Below are positions 51,631 to 63,280 of a stretch of 64,000 bases of DNA, piece by piece. Under the pieces are notes generated by a model. It searched no databases. It had not been told where the DNA came from and worked only from the letters and a program-made list of their open reading frames with translations. Numbering within the stretch: the first letter of the stretch is position 1; each line of letters begins with the position of its first letter. Source of the stretch: Malacoraja senta (taxonomy: Eukaryota); the NCBI GenBank assembly GCA_038087875.1, contig CM075995.1, forward strand, positions 8,310,001 to 8,374,000. Reading direction: 5' to 3'. The position numbers were made by a program, and so were the translations under genes.

Positions 51631-51935
51631 AGGGTCTGTCCCACTGTACGAGTTAATTCAAGAGCTCTCCTGAGTTTAAAAAAAAACCAAACGCGTGAGC
51701 ACGTAGAATGTACGTAGCGGGTACGTCGGAGCTCGGGGACGTCTCTTAGCGGCTCGTAACGCTAACGGCAGGTACTCGGGAAACGCGGTAAGCTCGTGAA
51801 GATTTTTCAACATGTTGAAAAATGTCCACGAGAGCCCGAGTACCTATGAGCGGCCATTACCGTAATTCTCCGAGTTCGAATCAGGGGAAACTCGGGAGAA
51901 CTCTTGAATTACCTCGTACAGTGGGACAGGCCCCT
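51631..51935. mobile_element. PIF/Harbinger-like MITE, copy 2
   Basis: Inverted ends AGGGTCTGTCCCAC / GTGGGACAGGCCCCT, TTA on both sides. Confidence 0.82.
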
Positions 51936-52008
51936 TTATACATGCCTCCATTAATTACAAATCGTCTGCTTTTCTTGCGACTAATTTGGATGTTTTGTCA
52001 CCCCACAG

Positions 52009-52108
52009 GTGGTGAACATAGTGACAGCCAACCAAGAATGTGTCAATAACATTGCTGAATCCCTGGTCCTCTCCAACCTCCTGGTTCTGCTGCATTCGCT
52101 GCACTCCA
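52009..52108 (+). CDS. DNAJC13: DNAJC13 exon: [33 protein letters not shown]
   Basis: AG/GT, phase 0 to 1. Confidence 0.95.
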
Positions 52109-53267
52109 GTAAGTAAACCTCCCGACATGTGGGCTCAAAATGCTGGAGTAACTCGGCGGGTGAGGCAGAATCTCTGGAGAGAAGGAATGGGCGACATTTC
52201 GGGTCGAGTCCCTTCATCGGGGGAAGGAGGAATCACAGAGAGGGGAGGAGCATTGAGAGAGGGTGTTGCTGAAACTCCCATCGGAGAGAGGAGGAGAACA
52301 TCTTCAACGTAGACATGCCTTGGGGAGGTTTTGCAGTGGAGCGAGTGAGGCAGCATCGCTGGGGGGAAGAAATGGGCGACGTTTCAGGTCGAGCGCTGAA
52401 GAAGGGTCTCGACCCGAAACGTCGCACGTTCCTTCTCTCCAGAGTTGCTGCCTCACCCGCAGAGTCACTGGAGTTTAGAAGGATGAGGGGGGGATCTTAC
52501 AGAAACATATAAAATTATAAAAGGACTGGACAAGCTAGATGCAGGGAAAAATGTTCCCAATGTTGGGCGAGTCCAGAACCAGGGGCCACACAGTCTTAGA
52601 CTAAAGGGGAGGCCATTTAAGACTGAGGTGAGAAAAAACTTTTTCACCCAGAGAGTTGTGAATTTGTGGAATTCCCTGCCACAGAGGGCAGTGGAGGCCA
52701 AGTCACTGGATGGATTTAAGAGAGAGCTCTAGGGGCTAGTGGAGTCAAGGGATATGGGGAGAAGGCAGGCAGGGGTTATTGATAGGGGACGATCAGCCAT
52801 GATCACAATGAATGGCGGTGCTGGCTCGAAGGGCCGAATGGCCTCCTCCTGCACCTATTTTCTATCTTTCTATGTTACTCCAGCATTTTGAGTCTACCTT
52901 CAATTTAAACCAGCATCTGCAGTTCTTTCTTACGCGTGTATAATGGACTCCTTCAGTTTGCACTGCGCTGTACTCTGCAACTAAAATGTTTTGGCTTAGT
53001 TCAGTTTAGTTTATTGTCACGTGTACAATACAATACAATACAATACCATTTATTGTCATTTGAACCTCAAATGAGGTTCAAACGAAATTTGGTTTCTGCA
53101 GTCATACAAACAAGTAAAAAGAACCAAGACACAACACAATTTACACAAACATCCATCACAGCGAATCTCTTCCTCGCTGTGATGGAAGGCAAAGTCTTAT
53201 CTCTCCCCTGCACTCCCCACTCTCCTCCCGATGTCAGAGTCAGAGCCCCTGGCGGGTGATGGAAAAT

Positions 53268-53468
53268 AAGTCCCGCGGCCATTAAAGCCGCGCCGGGCGA
53301 TGCAAGGCCGCCCTCCAGGTCTGGATGTTGGAGCCCCCGGTAGCGCTAGCAAGTCCCGCGGCCATTAAAGCCGCGCCGGGCGATGCAAGGCCGCCCTCCA
53401 GGTCTGGATGTTGGAGCCCCCGGTAGCGCTAGCAAGTCCTGCGGCCATTAAAGCCGCGCCGGGCGATG
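53268..53468. repeat. 83-bp GC-rich tandem repeat (~2.4 copies)
   Basis: AAGTCCCGCGGCCATTAAAGCCGCGCCGGGCGATG starts at 53268, 53351 and 53434. Confidence 0.9.
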
Positions 53469-56002
53469 TTAGACCCAGCTCCAGGTCGTCTTCAACCCCG
53501 CAACTCGGGCGGGAGAAGTTGCCGTTGCGGGAGCCCCAGAAAAGCGATCTCCCACCAGGGACCCGCGAGCTCCCGATGTCACCGTCCACTGGGCTGGCGG
53601 CTGAAGCCTCCGAATCTCTGGGGTCGGGTCACAGCCGCGCGTCACCGCAACTCTCCACGCTCCGAACTCGGCCAGCTCCACGATGGTGAGTAGTCTGCAG
53701 GCTCCGCGACTGGAGCCCCAGGTCGTTCCGGTTGGAGGCCTCTCCACGGTGCTAGGCCCCAATGGCAACGGACACCCGACAGAGAAAAGTCGGGTCCTCC
53801 ATACAGGGAAGAGATTTTTTTAAGTTTCCCCCTCCCCCCCACATATACACAGTCGAGCCGCTGCCGTTAGGCGCCGCCACTTCAGTACAGTGAAAATCGT
53901 TTTGTTCCGCACGAGCCAGCCAGAGGAGAGACAATATGTGATTGAAAGACAATCGTGCCGTTTACAGTGTATAGATACATGATAAGGGAATAGCGTTTAG
54001 TGCAAGGTAAAGTCTGACCAAAGATAGATACTGCAGTAGTTCAGGACCTCTCTCTGGTTGTGGTAGGATGGTTCAGTTGCCTGATAACAGCTGGGAAGAA
54101 ACTGTCCCTGAATCTGGAGGTGTGCGTTCGTTTTCACACTTCTGTACCTGTTGCCCGATGGGAGAGGGGGGAAGAGGGAGTGGCCGGGGGTGAGACTGGT
54201 CCTTGATTATGCTGCTGGCCTTGCCGAGGCAGCGTGAGGTGTAGATGGAGTCAATGGAAGGTTGGTTGGTTTGTGTGACGGTCTGGGCTGCGTCCACAAT
54301 TGCTTGGGTTGTGGGTGGCGACTCTTTTGGTGCTGGTCCCAGTAGAGGATCTGCTATCAACCATCACAATTGTTCCACACTTTGAAATCTTTATTTCAAC
54401 ATCACCATTTCCTACACTAAAATGCTGTACCTTTTATCCCAGCGGTATGAACATTGACTTCTCTAATTTCAGGTAGTCCCTGCTTTCTCCCTCTTTCCCC
54501 TCCCCTTCCCAGCTCCCCCACAGCCCACTTTCTCCGCCTCTTCCTTTCTTCTTCCCGCCCCCCTCACCCCCACATCAGTCTGAAGAAGGGTCTCGACCCA
54601 AAACGTGACCTATCTCCCTCGCTCCATAGATGCTGCCTCACCCGCTGAGTTTCTCCAGCATTTTTGTTTACCTTAGCCTTTATCCTTTATCTGTGAACTG
54701 GATAGCACGCAAACAAAATCTTTTCACTGTATACACTTAGACTCTTAGCGTCATACAGCGTGGAAACAGGCCCTTCGGCCCGACGTGCCCAGCATGCCCC
54801 ATCTACACAAGTCCCACGCCTGCATTTGGCCCATATCCCTCCAAACCTGTCTTATCCATATACCTGTCTATATGTATCTTAAACATTGCGATGATCCTTG
54901 CCTCAACTTCTGTACCTCCTTTGGCAGCTCGTTCCATACACCCACCACCCTTTATCTAAAACACAAGTTACCATTCAGGTTCCTGTTAAATTTATTAAGT
55001 TTCTTAAACTAACAAAGCTGAACTCTTCCACTAAATGTTATACACTTTATCCTTTATTTTTGCACTGTTGACAGCATTAACTTAAGTTCTTAACTTAACT
55101 TGAGTCAGAGTGTGTTGAATCTGTGGAATTCATTGCCACAGAAGGCTGTGGAGGACAAGTCAGTGGATATTGCGGGACTGACATATGATGAAAGAATGGG
55201 TCGACTGGGCTTGTATTCACTAGAATTTAGGATTAGAGTGGATTTTATAGAAATCTAAAATTCGTAAAGGATTGGACAGGCTCGATGCCGGAAAAATGTT
55301 CCCAATGTTGGGGGTTCAGAACCAGGGGGTCACAGTTTAAGAATAAGGGGCAGGCCTTTTAGGACTGGGATGAGGAAAAACTTTTTCACCCAGAGAGTTG
55401 TGAATCTGTGGAATTCTCTGCCTGAGAAGGCAGTGGAGCCCAATTCATTGAATGTTTTCAAGAGAGAGTTGGATTTAGCTCTTAGGACTAACGGAATCAA
55501 GGGATGTGGGGAGAAGGCAGGAACGGGGTACTGATTGGGGATGATCAGCCATGATCACATTGAATGGCGGTGCTGGGTCGAAGGGCCGAATGGCCAACTC
55601 CTGCACCTATTGTCTGTGTCTGCGTCTCTACGTGTCTACGCTTCTATGCATTGATAGGTTCTCATTTAGTTCGTTGAAAGCGGCATGTCGGAGGCACAGT
55701 AGATAGGGTGGTCACAACGGCTTTCTGCACATTGGGCCTTCATCAGTCAGAGTATTGAGTACAGACGTTGGGAGGTCATGTTGCAGTTGTACTAGACGTT
55801 GCTGAGGCCACATTTAGAGTATTCAGTGTTCTGTTATCGGAAAGATGTTGTCAAGCTGGAAGGGGTACAGAGAAGATTTACGAGGACTCGAGAGCCTGAG
55901 CTACAGGGAGAGGTTGAGCAGGCCAGGACTTTATTCCTTAGAGTGCAGGAGGATGAGGAGGGATTTTATAGAGGTGTATACAAGATCATGAGAGGAATTG
56001 AG

Positions 56003-56785
56003 TGACCTTCAAGATCCTCCTCCATGTCTACAAAGCCCTCAATGGGCTTGCCCCCACCTACATCAAAAGTCTTCTCACCCACCACTCCACCTCCAGGCCC
56101 CTCAGATTGGCCGACTTGGGGTTGCTGAATATCCCACGGTCTAGGCATAAGCTCAGGGGCGACCGCGCCTTTGCGGTTGCAGCCCCTAGACCGTGGAACA
56201 GCATCCCCCTTCCCATCAGAACTGCCCCCTCCATCGACTCTTTTAAGTCAAGACTAAAAAAGTATCTATACTCCCAAGCCTTTCCTGACGTCCTCTGAGT
56301 GAGGGCTACATGGACGACAGATGGCGCAATGGGCTAAGTGTTCGGCTGGCAACCGGAAGGTAGCCGGTTCGAATCCCGCTCGGAGTGCATACTGTCGTTG
56401 TGTCCTTGGGCAAGACACTTCACCCACCTTTGCCTGCGTGTGAATGTGTGTGAATGTGTGTGAGTGATTGGTGGTGGTCGGAGGGGCCGTAGGCGCAGAT
56501 TAGCAGCCACGCTTCCGTCAGTCTGCCCCAGGGCAGCTGTGGCTACAGAAGTAGCTCACCACCACCGAGTGTGACTGAGGAGTGAATGAATAATGCGATG
56601 TAAAGCGCCTTGAGTATTAGAAAGGCGCTATATAAATCCAATCCATTATTATAATTATTATTATATATGTATGTAGGTTGTTTTGTTTATGCTATTCTTA
56701 TAACAAATGTAAAGCACTTTGGCCAACGAGAGTTGTTTTTTAAATGTGCTATATAAATAAATGTGACTTGACTTGACTTGACTTT
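56003..56785 (+). mobile_element. L2 LINE 3' fragment interrupted by tRNA-SINE
   Basis: FKILLHVYKALNGLAP..GDRAFAVAAP..FKSRLKKYL; (TTGAC)n tail. Confidence 0.87.
56313..56662 (+). mobile_element. Young tRNA-derived SINE, copy 2
   Basis: Nearly identical to 11404-11752. Confidence 0.9.
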
Positions 56786-56998
56786 TGCCCAGAGTAGGGG
56801 AATCGAGAACCAGGGGACAATTACATGGATAGGATAGGATTAGAAGGATATGGGCAGGTGGGCCACGGGTAAATGGGATATGTTGGCCGGTGTGGGTAAG
56901 TTGGGCTGAAGGGCCTCTTTCCACACTGTCTCACTCCATGACACCCCTGAGTAATGTGTTCAAATTCTGACTGTGACATTTCGTTCTTCCTTCCTTAG

Positions 56999-57073
56999 GT
57001 CGCCTGCTCGTTCTTGAAACTCTCTACGCTCTGACATCAAATACAAAGATCATAAAGGAATCCATGGGGAAAG
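56999..57073 (+). CDS. DNAJC13: DNAJC13 exon: (S)RLLVLETLYALTSNTKIIKESMGK
   Basis: AG/GT, phase 1 to 1. Confidence 0.95.
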
Positions 57074-57208
57074 GTAAGTCTCTTCTTGGGAACTGCAGAT
57101 GCTGGAACCTGCAGCAAAACCACGTTGGAGCAATTCATGTATGTCAGGCAGCATCAGGTGAAGGAATGGACAGATGACATTTTGGGTTGGGACCCTTCAT
57201 CAGATATA

Positions 57209-57350
57209 CAGTGCATTCAGAAAGTATTCAGACCCCTTCACATTTTCACATTTTGTTACGTTCCAGCCTTATTCTAAAATGGATTCAATTCTTTTTTTTT
57301 TCATCAATGTACACACAATACCCCATAATAAAAAAGCAAAAGCAGGAATC
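57209..57350 (+). mobile_element. Tc1-type terminal repeat fragment
   Basis: TA|CAGTGCATTCAGAAAGTATTCAGACCCC, similar in layout to the Tc1 end at 48994. Confidence 0.65.
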
Positions 57351-58248
57351 TTGAGGGTGGTGGGTGTATGGAACGAGCTGCCAGAGGAGGTAGTTGAAGC
57401 TGGGACTATCCCAACGTTTAAGTAACAGTTGGACAGGTACGTGGATAGGGCAGGTTTGGAGGGATATGGACCAAAAGCTGGCAGAGGGGGACTAGTGTAG
57501 CTGGGGAATGTTGGCCAGTGTGGGCAAGTTGGGCCGAAGGGCCTGTTTTCCACACTATCACTCCATGACTTATTTGGACAGTTACATGGAAAGGATATGT
57601 TCAGAGTGTTTATAACTGGTGTCTAAACACGGGTCTAGAGTGTTATGGGCTAAATGCGGGCAGGTGGGACTAGTGTAGATGAGGCACGTTGGTCGGCAAG
57701 AGTAAATTGGGCTGAAGGACCTGTTTCCGTGCTGTATGACTCTATTAATACAGCAAGATTATTAAGGGCTTGGACACGCTAGAGGCAGGAAACATGTTCC
57801 TGATGTTGGGGGAGTCCAGAACCAGGGGCCACACAGTTTAAGAATAAGGGGTAAGCCATTTAGAACGGAGATGAGGAAACACTTTTTCTCACAGAGAGTG
57901 GTGAGTCTGTGGAATTCTCTGCCTCAGGAGGCGCTGGAGGCAGGTTCTCTGGATGCTTTCAAGAGTGGGCTCTTAAAGATAGCAGAGTCAGGGGATATGG
58001 GGAGAAGGCAGGAACGGGGAACTGATTGGGGATGATCAGCCATGATCACATTGAATGGCGGTGCTGGCTCGAAGGGCCAAATGGCCTACTCCTGCATCTA
58101 TTGTCTATTGTCTATCAAATATCCATTGGATGCAACGGGAGTGAATAAGGTTTACTGTGCTAACTTTGCCGCTTCAGTTTTGTGTCGTATTTTGTTTGGG
58201 TACGTTTTGGAAGCGTAAACTAAAGTTACCGACTGCTTTGCTCTCCAG

Positions 58249-58361
58249 GTGCCCTGGTGTATCTTCTAGACATGTTTTGTAACTCAACGCATCCTCAGGT
58301 TCGAGCCCAAACCGCAGAGCTCTTTGCCAAAATGATCACAGATAAGCTTGTTGGACCAAAG
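58249..58361 (+). CDS. DNAJC13: DNAJC13 exon: (G)[37 protein letters not shown]
   Basis: AG/GT, phase 1 to 0. Confidence 0.96.
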
Positions 58362-58626
58362 GTACGTTATTGCTTCTACTCCTCCCCCTCTCCCATCGGG
58401 CAAGAGGTACAGAAGTGTGAAAACAAACGCACACCTCCAGATTCAGGGACAGTTCCTTCCCGGCTGTTATCAGGCAACTGAACCGTCCTACCAAGAGTCA
58501 AGAGTGTTTTATTGTCATATGTCCTGGATCTTACTTGCTGCAGCACAACAGAATATGTAAACATAGTACATAACGGGGGAGATAAATGTGGCCAGGATGG
58601 TGTGGGTCCTTGATGATGTTGGCTGA

Positions 58627-58993
58627 CTCTGTGAAACGTCACCTATCCACGTTCTCCACAGATGCTGCCTGACCCGCTGAGTTACTCCAGCACTCTGTGA
58701 AACGTCACCTATCCATGTTCTCCACAGATGCTGCCTGACCCGCTGAGTTACTCCAGCACTCTGTGAAACGTCACCTATCCATGTTCTCCACAGATGCTGC
58801 CTGACCTGCTGAGTTACTCCAGCACTCTGTGAAACGTCACCTATCCATGTTCTCCACAGATGCTGCCTGACCCGCTGAGTTACTCCAGCACTCTGTGAAA
58901 CGTCACATATCCATGTTCTCCACAGATGCTGCCTGACCCGCTGAGTTACTCCAGCACTCTGTGAAACGTCACCTATCCACGTTCTCCACAGAT
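58627..58993 (+). repeat. 66-bp tandem array (~5.5 units)
   Basis: Same unit as the 25950 and 35110 arrays; 22-aa repeats in ORF 58515..59048. Confidence 0.93.
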
Positions 58994-59095
58994 ACCGAGC
59001 TACTCCGCTGAGCATTGTGTGTGTGTGTGTTTTTGTGTAAACCAGCATCTGTGGTTCCTCGTTCCTACTCTAACTCTGCCGTTCTCTCAACCTAG

Positions 59096-59265
59096 GTGAG
59101 GATAACTTTGACCAAGTTTCTCCCCGGTGTGTTCATGGACGCTATGCGGGACAATCCTGAGGCATCGGTCCATATCTTTGAGGGGACGCATGAAAACCCG
59201 GAGCTGATCTGGAATGACAACTCCAGGGAGAGAGTGGCTACGACCGTTCGGGAAATGATGCTCGA
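59096..59265 (+). CDS. DNAJC13: DNAJC13 exon: [44 protein letters not shown](E); 3' end 59265 or 59269
   Basis: AG acceptor, IWN motif; two candidate GT donors at 59266 and 59270. Confidence 0.93.
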
Positions 59266-59421
59266 GTGCGTAAGCTAACGGTGACATTGCATTTCTACAA
59301 CTATCAAATTATCCTTTTTCCTGTTGCTCTTCAGATCTAGGTTTTACAGTGCAGGCTGTGGAATTCTCTGCCGCGGTGGGCAGTGGAGGCCAATTCAGCG
59401 GATGTACTCAAGAGAGAGTTA

Positions 59422-59636
59422 AGGGCGTGTGCCGCTTGGCGATTTTATTCGGCGACTGCCGGGGTCATTGACGGGTCGCCGAAAGACTTTGAACATTTCG
59501 AAATCCAGCAGCGACAAAAAAAATGTTGCCACACTCGAGGAGACACCGCGCGTCAATATGTGGTCACGCCGCGACCTGATACGTCAGTCAATGACGCCGG
59601 CAGTCGCCGAAACAATCGCCAAGTGGGACAGGTCCT
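59422..59636. mobile_element. PIF/Harbinger-like MITE inside a CR1
   Basis: ~50-bp inverted arms; TTA of the CR1 sequence GAGAGTTAGATAG is duplicated. Confidence 0.82.
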
Positions 59637-60122
59637 TTAGATAGAGCTCTTAGGGCTAACGGAGTCAAGGGATATGGGGAGAAAGTAGGAACGGGGTACT
59701 GATTTTGGATGATCAGCCATGATCATGTTGAATGGCGGTGCTGGCTCGAAGGGACGAATGGTCCATTCCTGCACCTAGTTTCGATGTTTCAAAACATCCA
59801 GCTTGTATTGAGCAACAATGAGACTAAACAGGCAATGACACTAAAGTGGATGGATTCAAGGAGAGATTGCTGAATGGATAGAAAATTGGCTTCATGGAAG
59901 GAAGCAGAGGGTGATGGTGGAAGGTTGCTTCTGGGACTGGAGGCCTGTGACTAGGCCCGTGCTGGGCCCGTTACTGTTTGTCATCTACGTCAATGAGTTG
60001 AATGCGAACATACAGGGCAAGATTAGCAAATTTGCAGATTACACTGAAGTGGGATGGAGATGATTTACAAGGATGTTGCCAGGGCTATATGAGCTGAGCT
60101 ACAGGGAGAAGTTGAGTAGGCT

Positions 60123-60835
60123 GACAATAGACAATAGGTGCAGGAGTAGGCCATTCGGCCCTTCGAGCCAGCACCGCCATTCAATGTGATCATGGCTGAT
60201 CATACCCAATTAGTACCCCGTTCCTGCCTTCTCCCCATATCCCCTGACTCCGCTATCGTTAAGAGCCCTGTCTAGCTCTCTCTTGAAAGCATCCAGAGAA
60301 CCGGCCTCCACCGCCCTCTGAGGCAGAGAATTCCACAGACTCACCACTCTCTGTGAGAAAAAGTGTTTCCTCGTCTCCGTTCTAAATGGCTTACTCCTTA
60401 TTCTTAAACTGTGGCCCCTGGTTCTGGACTCCCCCAACATCGGGAACATGTTTCCTGCCTCTAGCGTGTCCAAGCCCTTAACAATCCTATATGTTTCAAT
60501 GAGATCCCCTCTCATCCTTCTAAACTCCAGAGTGTACAAGCCCAGCTGCTCCATGCCCTCAGCATATGACAGTCCCGCCATCCCGGGAATTAACCTTGTA
60601 AACCTACGCTGCACTCCCTCAATAGCAAGAATGTCCTTCCTCAAATTAGGGGACCAACACTGCACACAATACTCCAGGTGTGGTCTCACTAGGGCTCTGG
60701 AAAACTGCAGAAGGACCTCTTTGCTCCTATATTCGATTCCTCTTGTTATAAAGGCCAACATGCCATTCGCTTCCTTCACTGCCTGCTGTACCTGCATGCT
60801 TACTTTCATAGACGGATGTATAAGGACCCTCAGAT
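60123..60835 (-). mobile_element. CR1 3' fragment with open 209-aa C-terminus
   Basis: ORF 60210..60839. Confidence 0.92.
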
Positions 60836-61745
60836 TCAATTCAATTCAATTCAATTCAAGTTTATTGGTCACATACTCAATTATACAGGTATAACCAGTA
60901 GTGAAATGCTTAAGTGCCTGTCCAGTTGTGCATGGTTCCCCACTTACACATAACCCACATAAAACAATACCCACATATAACACATATCCCATAAATATAC
61001 CACATAACAAGTAGTGCTGTTACAAGCAAAGTGACAAGTGCCGTGGAACACCATTGATGACAGCAAGTTCCATCCAGTTCAGTCCCATGTGTGTGTGTTT
61101 GATGGTGGCGAGGCGGGGCGGGGGGTTTGGGCGGTGGTGCAGGTGCTGGTGAGGTGCTGGTGAGGAGGGTGGGGAGAGTTTGGGCGTTGGGTGGTAGGGG
61201 GGGGGGGGGGGCGGCTACACTCCGTCCTCGTTCAGCAGTCTCATGGCCTGGGGAAAGAAACTCCTCCTCATTCTCTCCGTGTTGGCCCTGAGCAGCCGGT
61301 ACCGTTTCCCTGAGGGCAGCAGGGAAAACAGTCTGTTGTTGGGGTGAGTGTGGTCCTGGATAATCCTCCTGGCTCTTGACCTGCAGCGCTTGGTGTAGAT
61401 GTCCTGCAGGTTGGGAAGGGTGGTTTTGATGGTCCGCTCAGCTGAGCGAACCACCCTCCTCCTCAGAGCCAGTTGGTCCCTCTTGATGGTGTTCCCCATC
61501 CAGGTGATGATGCTCCCACTCAGGATGCTCTCCACAGTATGGGTGTAGAAGTTCTTGAGCACCCTGAGGGGGAGCTTGAAGTCCCTCAGCCGTCTGAGAT
61601 GGTAAAGACGCTGGTTGGCCTTCTTTACCAGGCTGCTGAGGTGGTGTGACCATGTCAGGTCCTGGGAGATGTGGATGCCGAGGTACCTGAAGCTCTCCAC
61701 CCTCTCCACCTGGGCCCCGTTTATGCTGAGGGCCCCGTTGTACTT
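60836..61745 (-). mobile_element. Rex1/Babar-like LINE 3' fragment nested in CR1
   Basis: VERVESFRYLGIHIS.DL.W, KANQRLYHLRRL and SFFPQAMR; (TTGAA)n tail. Confidence 0.85.
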
Positions 61746-62499
61746 CCCCTTTGTATATGCTGAGATCCCGTTGTACTTCCCCTTTTCCCAACTTGACGCC
61801 ATTTAGGTAGTAATCTGCCTTCCTGTTTTTGCTACCAAAGTGGATAACCTCACATTCCTGGGACTCAGGAGGATGAGGGCTGATCTTATTGAGGTGTACA
61901 AAATCACGAGCGGAATATATCGGGCAGCTGCACAGCATCCCTTTCCCAGAGTAGGGGAATCGAGGACCAGAGGACATGGGTTTAAGGTGAAGGGGAAAAG
62001 ATTGAATAGGAATCTGAGAGGTAACTTTTTCACACAAAGGGTGGTGGGTGTATGGAACGAGCTGCCAGAGGAGGTAGTTGAGGCAGGGACTATCCCAACG
62101 TTTAAGAAACATTTAGACAGGTACATGGATAGGATAGGTTTAAAGGGATATGGACCAAATGCAGGCAGGTGGGACTAGTGCAGATGGGACATGTTGGACG
62201 GTGTGGGCAAGTTGGGCCGAAGGGCCTGTTTCCACACTGTATCACTCTATGACACTTAACTCAATTGACAAAAGTCCAATTAATGCAAATACCTTATGAA
62301 ATTTTACAATTTAATCCCATTCCCTGCTAAACTTGTGGTAAATCTACGCGTCCAAGGTTAGTCAACCATTTTGGTGATAAGGTGCATAGAATTTTTGATC
62401 GTGCTCTTGGCAGGGCTTTGTGTTCCACTCCTCCATTTGAAGCCTTTGATTAGTTTTCATATCAGCTCTTAATTCATGGGAGAAAAATTAGACCATCAC

Positions 62500-63280
62500 G
62501 TCTACTCCACCATTCAATCATGGCTGATCTATCTTTCCCTCTCAACCTCTTTCTCCTGCCTTCTTCCCACAACCCCTGACACCCGTACTAATCAAGATCC
62601 TATCAATCTCCTCTTTAAAAACTCTCATTGACGGCCTCCACAGCCTTCTGTGGCTAAATTCCACAGATTCACCACCATCTGATTAAAGAAATTCCTCCTC
62701 ATCTCCTTTCTAAAGGTACGTCCTTTAATTTTGAGGCTGTGACCTCTGGTCCTAGACTCTCCCACTAGTGGAAACATCCTCTCCACATCCACTCTATCCA
62801 GGCCTGTCACTATTCAGTATGTTTCAATGAGGTCCCCCCTCATTCTTCTAAACTCCAGCGAGTACAGGCCCAATGCCGTCAAACGCTCTTCATAGGTTAA
62901 CCCACTCATTCCTGGGATCATTCTCGTAAACCTCCTCTGGACCCTCTCCAGAGCCAGCACATCCTTCCTCAGAAATGATGCCCAAAACTGCTCGCAATAT
63001 TCCAAATGCAGCCTGACCAGCGCCTTATAGAGCCTCAGCATTACATCCCTGTTTTTGTATTCTAGTCCCCTGGATGGACCTATTATCTATTGAAATTAAT
63101 GCTAATATTGCTTTGGCCTTCCTCGCAATCGATTCAACTTGCAGATTAACATTTTGGGAATCCTGCACCAGCACTCCCAAGTCCCTTTGCACCTCTGATT
63201 TCTGGATTCTCTCCCCGTTTAGAAAATAGTCCACGCCTTTATTCCTACTACCAAAATGCCTGACCGCACACTTTGCTACG
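62500..63280 (-). mobile_element. CR1 3' fragment
   Basis: ORFs 62625-63309 with CR1 C-terminal motifs. Confidence 0.88.

Noticed and set aside
58515..59048. 177-aa ORF with 22-aa repeats; array superficially CRISPR-like
   Set aside because: Translation of a 66-bp tandem repeat; no unique spacers, no cas genes, vertebrate intron
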